DNA from: an uncultured Gammaproteobacteria bacterium
GTDB taxonomy: Bacteria; Patescibacteriota; Patescibacteriia; Magasanikbacterales; UBA922
DNA length: 64,000 bases
Assembly (NCBI GenBank): GCA_965231005.1
Contig: OZ246405.1
Location: 546,709-610,708 of the forward strand
Direction: 5' to 3'
Positions 29,672 to 38,110 of this stretch are shown piece by piece. The position numbers and the translations under genes are program-made. The notes under the pieces were generated by a model, which did not search any database, was not told the origin of the DNA, and worked only from the letters and a program-made list of their open reading frames with translations. Each line of letters starts with the position of its first letter. Positions within the stretch are counted from its first letter, which is position 1.

Positions 29672-31801
29672 ATGAGAAAACCACTATATACAATTTTATT
29701 CATACTGCTTTTTGTAGCAACACCTGCAGCAGCACGTGAACAACATTTTTCTCCTGCTGTTGGAGATGCACTGTCGCAAAAAGGGTCTGAGCGCGCAATT
29801 GTTACAGAAGAAGGTGGGGTATCATTGCTCCATGCAGATGGAAGCCTTGCAAAAGGATTTCCAATTTTTGTGAAAGATCATGTTCCTGCATCTTCACCAC
29901 TTCTTGTTAATATGTCAGGCGATGCATATGACGAAGTTGTGTTTGTCTCAAGAAAAAATGACGGTTCTTACTGGTTTTCAGTGTATAGTGGTACAGGAAA
30001 GTTACTTGATTCCATATCTCTTGGAAATAAAGAAATATATTTTGATCCTGTAAAAGTAGCATTAAAAGGAAAAACAGCAAGCGATGTATTTGTCACAGAT
30101 GTTGCAGGAAATATTATACGGTTACACATGAATGATATTTTTCCTGAAAAAACACCACTTGTAAAAACACTTATCAAAAATGTAAAGTCACCAGCGGCGG
30201 TTGCCGTAAATACGAAAGGGGATGAGGTTATTGTGACATATCCTGAAAAAAATGCATTTGAAGTATATTCTCTCACAGGAAATACACTTGGGTTAAAAAA
30301 GAAATTGGATTTTGGCAGTCCTTTTCTATATCAAGTTGTCTATAACACCGAGAACACTGTTGTATATGGTGTAAACAGAAAAAAACAACTTGTTGCAGTT
30401 GATCTTGTTACTGGGAAAGTCGTTGCTGGCTTTCCAGTAAGTCTAGGAACAGAACCAATCGGAGCTCCTGTTCTAACAGAAATGAATGATGTTGAAAAAG
30501 GAAAAGAAATTGTTGTATCTATTTCAGATGGATCACAAAAAGTTATCTCTCAGACAGGAAAAGTTCTTGCTTCACCTTCTGACAAACTCCGTTTTGCAAA
30601 TCAAGGTGTTGCAGCTGCAGAAGTCGGTGGTGGATTCTTTACAGGTATCAGAGATTTTGCAATCAATATTTTCAAAAGTACAACACAAACACTTGTGTCA
30701 TTCTTTGGACGAATTAAAGCGCTTGTCATTGTTGTAAATCCAGATATTGAAATGACGTACAAAAATAACTCGCTTGGAAGTGGTGCATCAGTTACCTTTA
30801 ACAAGGTTACTGTTGGTGGTTCAGATACAAAGACATTTACAATCACAAATAAAGGAAATGATACCCTTAGTCTTACTGGTATTCCTGTTGTGAGTATTGT
30901 AGGACAAGATAAAGCTTCGTTTGCAGTATTAAAACAACCAAAAACAAGTCTTGAGCCTGGTGAGTCAGATACTATTCTTGTCCAGTTCAGCCCAGTAACA
31001 GGTGGATCAAAAGCAGCATCATTCAGGATTGAAAATAATGATAAAGATGAAAATCCATTTATTATCAAATTGGTTGGTCCGAGTGAATTATTCCAAGTAT
31101 CAATTTCTGCAACACCAAAAACTGGTAAAAGCCCACTTGGTGTAGAATTTAAAGGGTTTACAAGTGGCGGACTCATAAAGACACCACAAAAGACTGATTT
31201 TTCTAAGTACACGATCAAATCAAGTGGGGGAGATTCAGACACAAATGGAAAACACACAGTCAATGGTAAAGAATTACAATTATTCGGACAAACAAGTAAG
31301 TATCTTGATTATGCATATGACATTACAAAAGACACCATGCTTGAATTTAGCTTCAAGTCTACAAAGACAGACGCCCTTCATGGTGTAGGTGTTGCAACAG
31401 ACAAAGCAAATACATTGTTCCAACTTGCTGGAACAGATGCCTCTGAAACAAGTGACTTCTCATACTACGATTATGTTGGAACTGCATACACAACATATAA
31501 AGTTCAGTTAGGGCAATTCATGACTGGAGCAATGAAGAAACTTATCTTTACCAATGGAGCAACAACAGCAAGTGATAATACTATTAATAGCTTCTTCAAA
31601 GATGTTCAAATCTATGAAGGTTCTGCTCCAGCATATGTATACAGTTGGGACTTTGACAACGATGGGAAATTCGATGTGGTAGGAAAAGATCAGCAAGAAC
31701 CGTACTACACGTTCACAAAGGTTGGAAAGCATACAGTAAAATTGAGTGTAACTGATGGAAAGAATACTGTTGTAAAGACGATTGATGTTACGGTTCAATA
31801 A
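29672..31801 (+). CDS. Secreted protein (709 aa) sharing the ASH-like + beta-domain + PKD C-terminal module of the 1996-aa protein
   Basis: The signal peptide is MRKPLYTILFILLFVATPAAA. The C-terminal approximately 330 aa are colinear with the C-terminus of 11395..17385 (TFTITNKGNDTLSLTGIPVVSIVG.., TIKSSGGDSDTNGK, MLEFSFKS, YYDYVG, YKVQLGQFMTG, PAYVYSWDFDNDGKFDVVGKDQQEPYYTFTKVGKHTVKLSVTDG). Confidence 0.75.
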   Translation: MRKPLYTILFILLFVATPAAAREQHFSPAVGDALSQKGSERAIVTEEGGVSLLHADGSLAKGFPIFVKDHVPASSPLLVNMSGDAYDEVVFVSRKNDGSYWFSVYSGTGKLLDSISLGNKEIYFDPVKVALKGKTASDVFVTDVAGNIIRLHMNDIFPEKTPLVKTLIKNVKSPAAVAVNTKGDEVIVTYPEKNAFEVYSLTGNTLGLKKKLDFGSPFLYQVVYNTENTVVYGVNRKKQLVAVDLVTGKVVAGFPVSLGTEPIGAPVLTEMNDVEKGKEIVVSISDGSQKVISQTGKVLASPSDKLRFANQGVAAAEVGGGFFTGIRDFAINIFKSTTQTLVSFFGRIKALVIVVNPDIEMTYKNNSLGSGASVTFNKVTVGGSDTKTFTITNKGNDTLSLTGIPVVSIVGQDKASFAVLKQPKTSLEPGESDTILVQFSPVTGGSKAASFRIENNDKDENPFIIKLVGPSELFQVSISATPKTGKSPLGVEFKGFTSGGLIKTPQKTDFSKYTIKSSGGDSDTNGKHTVNGKELQLFGQTSKYLDYAYDITKDTMLEFSFKSTKTDALHGVGVATDKANTLFQLAGTDASETSDFSYYDYVGTAYTTYKVQLGQFMTGAMKKLIFTNGATTASDNTINSFFKDVQIYEGSAPAYVYSWDFDNDGKFDVVGKDQQEPYYTFTKVGKHTVKLSVTDGKNTVVKTIDVTVQ

Positions 31802-31919
31802 TTAACAATTAGCAATTAGCAATTAACAAGTCAACTAGGCTTGTTTTTTGCTAGTTTTAGTTCTTTTGTTGATGATATGATCCCAAAGAATTTGTTAATT
31901 GTTAGTTGTTAATTGTTAG
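31799..31919. repeat. AT-rich inverted-repeat intergenic element (family member C)
   Basis: The arms aattaacaattagcaattagcaattaacaa and ttgttaattgttagttgttaattgttag flank an approximately 60-nt spacer. The same arm word recurs at 62040..62062 and 62227..62250. Confidence 0.45.
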
Positions 31920-31957
31920 TTATGGTGATATAATTCTTCATATTGTAATCAAGGAAA

Positions 31958-34900
31958 ATGTACCTCAAATCAATAGAAATAAGCGGATTTAAATCCTTTG
32001 CTACAAAAACAGATCTTTCTTTTCCCGCATCTCATGACGGTCGTTTTAGTATTACAGCAATTGTTGGCCCAAATGGAAGTGGAAAATCAAATATTTCTGA
32101 TGCCATCCGTTGGGTTATGGGTGAGCAGAGCATGAAGCAACTCCGAGGAAAAAAAGGCTCAGATATTATTTTTAGTGGTTCAGATGCAAAAGGAAAAATG
32201 AGTGTGGCAAGTGTCTCACTTATTCTTGATAATTCAGATGGGCGTGCAGATATTGAATTTGATGAGCTTGTTCTTACAAGAAAATTATATCGTTCAGGGG
32301 AAAGTGAATACATTATAAATGGAAAACAAGTCCGACTTTTGGATGTCCATCTTTTGCTCGCAAAAGCACAATTTGGACAAGGGTCGTACAGTGTAATTGG
32401 TCAGGGAGTTATTGATCGTTTGCTATTACAAACAGCAGAGGAAAGAAAAGCATTTTTTGATGAAGCAGCAGGAATAAAGGAATTTCAGATTAAACGTCAT
32501 CAAGCAATGTTAAAGTTGCGACGTTCTCGAGAACACATGGAGCAGGCAGATTTGTTGCTCTCAGAAATTACTCCACGATTAAAAACACTTTCTCGACAAG
32601 TAAAAAAATTAGAAGAAAGACAGACTGTTGAACTGTCTCTTCGGGAAATGCAAGAACAGTACTATACAACGCTTTGGACACAGCAAAAAACACTTCTTGA
32701 TAGTTCACGACTTGAGCTTGGAAAAACAAATAAAGAATATAAGGCACTCGATGCTGAATTACTTACAGTGCAAGAAGAATTAGCAACACTTGCAAAAGAA
32801 GCGTCACGACAAGATTTATTTGTTGCACTACAGGACGCGTATCAAAAAATAGTTCAAAAGAAAAATATTCTCGAAAGAGATAGGGCAGTGCTGCAGGGTC
32901 GGTTGCAAACAGAATATGCTAAGGCAGGAAAACACAACGTAACATGGCTTGAAAACAAAATTGATGCACTCAAGCATCAGACAGACGATATTGAAAAAGA
33001 CGCAGAAAAAATGAAGACAACATATGATCGTCTGGAAAAGGAAGTACATGAATTGCGTGAGTCATTGTCCCAGTATCAAGTTGAACGGACTCAATTGCAA
33101 GGGACATTGACACGGCTGAAACAACAGCAGTTTGAAAAACGAAACGAGCAATCGTTGTGGCAACTTACAGGAAAGCGTGCTGTACAAGCAATTCTTAACC
33201 ATGCTGGACAGTTTGGGCAGGTTTCTGGTGCTGTTGCACAGTTAGGTTCAGTAAAAAAAGAATTTCAATTGGCACTCGATGTTGCTGCTGGAAATCATCT
33301 ATCATCTATTGTAGTAAAAGATGATAGAGTTGCTGAGCGTTGTATACAATATTTACGCGATCATCAGCTTGGATTTGCAACGTTTTTGCCTTTGAACAAG
33401 ATTCGTGCACGATACATGCCACAAGATATTGAAGAAATTTTAGGACAACAAGGCGTGCATGGGCTTGCTATTGATCTTGTAAATTTTGATGATCAATTTA
33501 CAGATATTTTTTCATATGTCCTTGGTGCAACAGTAGTTGTTGAGAATATTGAGGCAGCAAGAAATATAGGTATTGGAAGAGTGAGAATGGTTACAATTGA
33601 TGGTGACATTTTAGAAACTAGTGGAAGTATGAAGGGTGGTTTCCGAAAGAAAAGAAATTATGGGTTAAGTTTTTCACAAGATGCCCTTGTCGGTGATATA
33701 TCTGATCCAAAGGCACAAGGGGAAAAGATCGAAGAAATTCAGACAGAACTTGAAGAAATCCAAAAAAATTATGAAAAGATTGAAATTGAACTTCGAACTG
33801 CAGAAGCTGCACTTGAAGTAAGTAAAGAAAAACAAGTGTTGTTTGAAGGGCGAAAACAAGAGATTGTTGCAGAGCGATCATCACTCGAGCAAGAACTTTC
33901 GCTACACAGCATGAGTCCAAAAGATTATGACAGTGTGATGAAAGATGTAAATGTAAAAAAAGATGCTGTTGACAACGATATTGAAAAAATTGAAAAAGAA
34001 TTATTAGCAGCACAAAAAAAGATTGCAAAATTCAATGATGATGAAGAAAAGAAAAAGCAACGAGTATTTTCTCTTCAAGAACACATGCAAACCAAACAGA
34101 GAGAGTTAAATGCTGTTATGGATGAAAGAAACAAACAACAAGTTGTTATTGCGAAGCTTGAAACAAAACAAGAAGATCTTGAACATGAAGCCTATGTTGA
34201 ACTTCATGAATCATTGCCATCAATTGTAGAAAGGACAGAAATTGTTCTCGATATTGCTCAGTTGGAACAAACACAATTACAAATTCAAAAACTAAAATAT
34301 AAGTTGAGTCTTATTGGTGGTATTGATGATGAAGTTGTTGAAGAGCATCAAGAAACAAAAGAACGTCATGAATCGCTCAGTGAACAATTGACTGACTTAA
34401 CAAAAGCTATTGATGATTTGGAAATATTGATTGCAGAGTTAGATACTGTTATGAAAAAAAGACGTGCAAAAGCATTCAAGAAAATTCGAAAAGAATTTAC
34501 ACGGTATTTCAAATTATTATTTGAAGGTGGTAAGGCAGATCTTATCGAAGTGTATGGTGAAGAAAAAGATGAAGAGATTGAAGATGAAGAGCAGATGCAA
34601 GGCGAACATGCTACAGAAAAAGATTTTGCCTTAGTAGAAGAGACTGAAGAAAAAAAGAAAAAGAGAAAGAAAAAAGTGTTAAGAGGTATTGACATAATTG
34701 CTTCTCCACCAGGAAAGAAAATTGCAAATATTCAAGTCCTTTCTGGGGGAGAGAGAACAATGACTGCCATAGCATTGGTCTGTGCAATTCTCCATACAAA
34801 TCCATCTCCATTTGTTGTACTCGATGAGGTCGAGGCTGCACTGGACGAAGCAAATACTGTCCGTTTTACACAGATTATCAAAGAACTTGCAAAACAGTCA

Positions 34901-35014
34901 CAATTTATCCTTATTACCCATAATAGAGCCACAATGCACGCTGCAGACTCGCTATATGGCGTAACTATGGGCAACGATGGTATAAGTAAGCTTCTAAGCG
35001 TAAATATGGCCTAA
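31958..35014 (+). CDS. smc: Chromosome partition protein SMC
   Basis: Walker A is GPNGSGKSNISDAIRWVMGEQS. Long coiled coils are present. The hinge region is GQFGQVSGAVAQL...VVVENIEAA. The ABC signature is LSGGERTMTAIALVCAI followed by Walker B FVVLDEVEAALDEAN. Confidence 0.9.
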   Translation: MYLKSIEISGFKSFATKTDLSFPASHDGRFSITAIVGPNGSGKSNISDAIRWVMGEQSMKQLRGKKGSDIIFSGSDAKGKMSVASVSLILDNSDGRADIEFDELVLTRKLYRSGESEYIINGKQVRLLDVHLLLAKAQFGQGSYSVIGQGVIDRLLLQTAEERKAFFDEAAGIKEFQIKRHQAMLKLRRSREHMEQADLLLSEITPRLKTLSRQVKKLEERQTVELSLREMQEQYYTTLWTQQKTLLDSSRLELGKTNKEYKALDAELLTVQEELATLAKEASRQDLFVALQDAYQKIVQKKNILERDRAVLQGRLQTEYAKAGKHNVTWLENKIDALKHQTDDIEKDAEKMKTTYDRLEKEVHELRESLSQYQVERTQLQGTLTRLKQQQFEKRNEQSLWQLTGKRAVQAILNHAGQFGQVSGAVAQLGSVKKEFQLALDVAAGNHLSSIVVKDDRVAERCIQYLRDHQLGFATFLPLNKIRARYMPQDIEEILGQQGVHGLAIDLVNFDDQFTDIFSYVLGATVVVENIEAARNIGIGRVRMVTIDGDILETSGSMKGGFRKKRNYGLSFSQDALVGDISDPKAQGEKIEEIQTELEEIQKNYEKIEIELRTAEAALEVSKEKQVLFEGRKQEIVAERSSLEQELSLHSMSPKDYDSVMKDVNVKKDAVDNDIEKIEKELLAAQKKIAKFNDDEEKKKQRVFSLQEHMQTKQRELNAVMDERNKQQVVIAKLETKQEDLEHEAYVELHESLPSIVERTEIVLDIAQLEQTQLQIQKLKYKLSLIGGIDDEVVEEHQETKERHESLSEQLTDLTKAIDDLEILIAELDTVMKKRRAKAFKKIRKEFTRYFKLLFEGGKADLIEVYGEEKDEEIEDEEQMQGEHATEKDFALVEETEEKKKKRKKKVLRGIDIIASPPGKKIANIQVLSGGERTMTAIALVCAILHTNPSPFVVLDEVEAALDEANTVRFTQIIKELAKQSQFILITHNRATMHAADSLYGVTMGNDGISKLLSVNMA

Positions 35015-35024
35015 AAAAGGCGTA

Positions 35025-35053
35025 TTGACAATATTTCCTCTATCTGGTATCAT
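35025..35053 (+). promoter_or_regulatory. Sigma70-like promoter for rpsP
   Basis: ttgaca (35025..35030), a 17-nt spacer, then tatcat (35048..35053). Confidence 0.5.
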
Positions 35054-35110
35054 TTGCCTTGATAAATCGTCACATCGCTCTCAAACGATTCATTATCTAA
35101 AAACCTATTT

Positions 35111-35701
35111 ATGCTAAAAATTCGTCTCCAACGTATTGGACGAAAGAAACGACCATCATATCGTGTGATTGTTTCTGAACATACAAAAGACACACAAGCA
35201 GGAAGTCTTGAAATCCTTGGACATTATGATCCTTTGGCTGAGCCAAAGATTATGGAGTTCAAAGGTGATCGTATTCTTCACTGGATTTCAGTTGGTGCAC
35301 AACCTTCTGCAACAGTACAAAACCTCCTTATCAATGCAGGGATTATAAAGGGTGAAAAAGGAAAAGCTGTTACAATTACAAAGAAACGTGCAGCAAAGAT
35401 TGCAGAAAAGGCTGAAAATGAAAAAGCAAAAGCTGAAGAGGCTAAAAAGGCTCAAGAAGAAGCCGCAGCAGAAGCAGCAACTCCAGAGGTAGAAGAAGAA
35501 AAACCAGCTGAGGAACCTGTTAAAGAGGAAGAAGCTTCAAAAGAAGAGCAGTCTGCTCCAGAAGTTGAAGAAACAGCAGCTCCAGCAGAAGATCAACCAG
35601 AGGCTGAAAAAGAAGAAGAGCCTACTCCAGCAGCTGAAGAAAAGAAAGAAGAAGCAACAGAAGAAGCAGCTCCTAAAGAATCTGAAGAATCAAAAGAATA
35701 A
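35111..35701 (+). CDS. rpsP: 30S ribosomal protein S16 with a long Glu/Ala/Lys-rich C-terminal extension
   Basis: The N-terminal approximately 85 aa (MLKIRLQRIGRKKRPSYRVIVSEHTKDTQAGSLEILGHYDPL...) is canonical S16. A low-complexity EAK-rich tail follows. Confidence 0.85.
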   Translation: MLKIRLQRIGRKKRPSYRVIVSEHTKDTQAGSLEILGHYDPLAEPKIMEFKGDRILHWISVGAQPSATVQNLLINAGIIKGEKGKAVTITKKRAAKIAEKAENEKAKAEEAKKAQEEAAAEAATPEVEEEKPAEEPVKEEEASKEEQSAPEVEETAAPAEDQPEAEKEEEPTPAAEEKKEEATEEAAPKESEESKE

Positions 35702-35723
35702 ACAAAAATATTCCAATAAAAAA

Positions 35724-35756
35724 CTATCCCGATTTTATCGGGATAGTTTTTATTTT
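35724..35756. terminator. Bidirectional intrinsic terminator between convergent rpsP and the lipoprotein gene
   Basis: A perfect 10-bp stem ctatcccgat/atcgggatag with a 3-nt loop, flanked by an A-run upstream and tttttatttt downstream. Confidence 0.65.
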
Positions 35757-35767
35757 GTATGGGCTGG

Positions 35768-36424
35768 TTAGTTTTCTAACCGAATGTCTGTGATGGCAGT
35801 CTTTTCTTGAGTTGTGCCATCGTTCCAAGCAACATCAAATGTTCCGTCTGCATTTACTTTGCCAATTTTTCCTGGCCAGTAATTTCCACTTACACTCCAA
35901 ACTGCTTGGATTTTTGTTCCAACAGGAAGTTGTGCTTTTGTAGGAACTGGTCGTGCTGCAATTTCAGCATTTGGATCTACTTTTTCTGCTGGTTTTGTTT
36001 CAGCAGGTGCAGATGATCCTGCAGGACGTGGGTCTAATCGAAGACCATTTAATGTTACGTCGTATTCAACACCATCATAGTATTTGACTTTGTATGTTCC
36101 ATTTGTGATGCTAATAACTTCTGCGTCGTAGTATGGTGTTCCTGTCCATTTTGCAAGAACCTTTGTTCCTACTTTTACTTTTCCTTTGCTTGGTACAGCA
36201 TTCTTCACAAGTTGATTTGTGGAGACACATTTTTGGTCACCATCATCAAATTTTACATTAAAGCCTTTGTCACAGGTTTTATCAATTGAACCTGCATACC
36301 ATGTTTTTGATGTCCATTCTGCATAGACACTGTCGCCGACAGCAAATTTGTTTGCTGCACAGCCTCCACCTATAAGGAGGAGTGTTAGAAAGAGCCCTCC
36401 CAAAAGAGAACGGTTAAACCGCAT
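35768..36424 (-). CDS. Lipoprotein with three tandem Tudor/SH3-like beta repeats
   Basis: The lipobox signal is MRFNRSLLGGLFLTLLLIGGGCAA. The three repeats are GDSVYAEWTSKTWYAGSI...NVKFDDGD, GTKVLAKWTGTPYYDAEVISITNGTYKVKYYDGVEYDV and GTKIQAVWSVSGNYWPGKIGKVNADGTFDVAWNDGT. Confidence 0.55.
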   Translation of the reverse strand: MRFNRSLLGGLFLTLLLIGGGCAANKFAVGDSVYAEWTSKTWYAGSIDKTCDKGFNVKFDDGDQKCVSTNQLVKNAVPSKGKVKVGTKVLAKWTGTPYYDAEVISITNGTYKVKYYDGVEYDVTLNGLRLDPRPAGSSAPAETKPAEKVDPNAEIAARPVPTKAQLPVGTKIQAVWSVSGNYWPGKIGKVNADGTFDVAWNDGTTQEKTAITDIRLEN

Positions 36425-36523
36425 AGAGTTTTGGTTAAATAAATAATAAATTTGTAATAAGATTATATCATGAGGCCTTTTGGGTGTAAACCCTATTTTT
36501 CCCTCAAATCAGATTGGCCCATA

Positions 36524-36552
36524 TTGACAAAAACCAAAAAATATGCTATAGT
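36524..36552 (+). promoter_or_regulatory. Sigma70-like promoter for the KH-domain gene
   Basis: ttgaca (36524..36529), a 17-nt spacer, then tatagt (36547..36552). Confidence 0.5.
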
Positions 36553-36628
36553 TATCTATACAGAACTGCCCTTCGAAAGGGGGAGTCGACAGTTCAGAAT
36601 TTATTAAGAATACACAAGATATATACGT

Positions 36629-36961
36629 ATGGAAGCAGATCAACAGTTCCTAGAAACAGTTATCAAGGCTATTGTAGGGAAACCTGAAGCCGTAAAGACA
36701 GAACGTATTATTGACGAACGTGGTGTTCTATTGACATTGGATGTAGATCCAAGCGACATGGGATATGTTATCGGCCGTCAAGGACAGACTGCCCGCGCTG
36801 TTCGTACTTTGCTCAAAATTGTTGGTGCAAAGGAAAACGCACGTGTAAACTTGAAAATCAACGAACCAGAAGGTGGACGTGGTCCACGTACAAGCGCACC
36901 AGCTCCAGCAGCAGTGACAGATGACGTTGATACAAGTGCAGTAGATAATTTGACTATCTAA
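36629..36961 (+). CDS. KH-domain RNA-binding protein (KhpA/YlqC-like) with a C-terminal low-complexity tail
   Basis: The KH fold signature is VIGRQGQTARAVRTLL, preceded by ETVIKAIVGKPEAVKTERIIDERGVLLTLDVDPSDMGY. It sits in the conserved position downstream of rpsP. Confidence 0.6.
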   Translation: MEADQQFLETVIKAIVGKPEAVKTERIIDERGVLLTLDVDPSDMGYVIGRQGQTARAVRTLLKIVGAKENARVNLKINEPEGGRGPRTSAPAPAAVTDDVDTSAVDNLTI

Positions 36962-37089
36962 AAACACAACATTAAAAACTCTCCCTGGCAACAGGGTGAG
37001 TTTTGTTTTACCCAGGTTTGCTCTTGACTTTTTCCTAAGATTTCTATATTATGAGTGGCGTATTCCTATAATGTGATAATGATCAATAT

Positions 37090-37163
37090 GCGCGCATAGC
37101 TCAGTTGGTTAGAGCGCCACATTGACATTGTGGAGGTCTCTGGTTCAAATCCAGATGTGCGCA
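37090..37163 (+). tRNA. tRNA-Val (anticodon GAC)
   Basis: Cloverleaf read by eye. The acceptor stem is GCGCGCA/TGTGCGC (one G-U pair). The D arm is gctc-agttggtta-gagc. The anticodon stem ccaca/tgtgg carries loop ttGACat. The T arm is tctgg-ttcaaat-ccaga. The discriminator is A, and no CCA is encoded. Confidence 0.8.
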
Positions 37164-37370
37164 CATGACACATTGACTCAGTTTCCGCCAAAGGCGGACC
37201 AGCCTTTGGCTGGGGTTAGAGCGCCACATTGACATTGTGGAGGTCAGTGGTTCAAATCCAGATGTGCGCACATGACACATTGACTCAGTTTCCGCCAAAG
37301 GCGGACCAGCCTTTGGCTGGGGTTAGAGCGCCACATTGACATTGTGGAGGTCTCTGGTTCAAATCCACTA
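37107..37370. repeat. 107-bp tandem direct repeat (about 2.5 copies) composed of the 3' 57 nt of tRNA-Val plus a 50-nt spacer with two hairpins
   Basis: ggttagagcgccacattgacattgtggaggtc.c.ggttcaaatccagatgtgcgcacatgacacattgactcagtttccgccaaaggcggaccagcctttggctgg repeats with starts at 37107, 37214 and 37321. The third copy diverges after ggttcaaatcca. Copies 2 and 3 lack the 5' acceptor and D arm, so they are tRNA fragments. Confidence 0.75.
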
Positions 37371-37391
37371 GCGGTCACGAAATATATTAAA

Positions 37392-37465
37392 GGGCGATTA
37401 GCTCAGTTGGTTAGAGCGCTACACTGATAATGTAGAGGTCCCAGGTTCAAATCCTGGATCGCCCA
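37392..37465 (+). tRNA. tRNA-Ile (anticodon GAU)
   Basis: The acceptor stem is GGGCGAT/ATCGCCC. The D arm is gctc-agttggtta-gagc. The anticodon stem ctaca/tgtag carries loop ctGATaa. The T arm is ccagg-ttcaaat-cctgg. The discriminator is A. Confidence 0.85.
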
Positions 37466-37471
37466 CATAGG

Positions 37472-37499
37472 ATCCGTCAGACTGACGGGTCTTTTTTTT
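37472..37499 (+). terminator. Intrinsic terminator after the tRNA cluster
   Basis: The near-perfect palindrome gatccgtcag a ctgacgggtc is followed by tttttttt. Confidence 0.55.
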
Positions 37500-37637
37500 A
37501 TCTGCGACCTTGACAAAATAACCATTTTATGATAGTATCAACTGTCTCATCGTAACAAGAGATAAGTCTTACTGCCGTAGCTCCCTGGATATACCGCGCG
37601 ATTTTAACCCGCGTGCGGCGTACCAGGGAGGTACACA

Positions 37638-37835
37638 ATGGTCGGGAGACTACTCTATGTTTTGAGCGTCATAGCCTTCTTGCTCAGCGCTTTCGTTGCT
37701 GGATTGGATTTCATCGAGAAACAACCAGTTGGATTGAACGCGATCTACTTCTCAATTTCATCAGTCGTACTCGGCATCCACGCCCTATACCTGAATCATG
37801 CAGAGGAGCGTGAAGAGTCGACACGAGAAGGCTAA
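37638..37835 (+). CDS. Small membrane protein (65 aa) on a GC-rich island
   Basis: RBS gggagg, 7 nt upstream. A single TM helix (LLYVLSVIAFLLSAFVAGL) plus a second hydrophobic stretch. GC-rich codon usage unlike the flanks. Confidence 0.45.
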   Translation: MVGRLLYVLSVIAFLLSAFVAGLDFIEKQPVGLNAIYFSISSVVLGIHALYLNHAEEREESTREG

Positions 37836-38110
37836 GACATAGCCCGAACCTCGCACTAGCTGCGACGATGTTCCCCAAATCTCGGGAGCTACATCGCGCT
37901 TGCGGGATTCGGGAAACATTGAAAGAACATCTGATAGTAAGGTGTTTTTTTGATTTCCAACATTGACAAAACGAAAAAAATACTATTAGATACAACCATT
38001 GCCGACGGTCGGCAGTGTCCTTTTTACCTCCATGTGCTGAATGAATTGTCTGCTTGCAGAAAGGTCATTCCGCAGCGCTGCACGCCTTTATGGTCTGCAG
38101 GGAGTTTCTC

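Noticed and set aside
37107-37370. Possible CRISPR array or multi-copy tRNA array at the 107-bp repeats
   Set aside because: The repeat unit is 107 nt and contains tRNA sequence. There are no short regular repeat-spacer alternations and no cas genes. Copies 2 and 3 lack the 5' acceptor and D arm, so they are not additional functional tRNAs.
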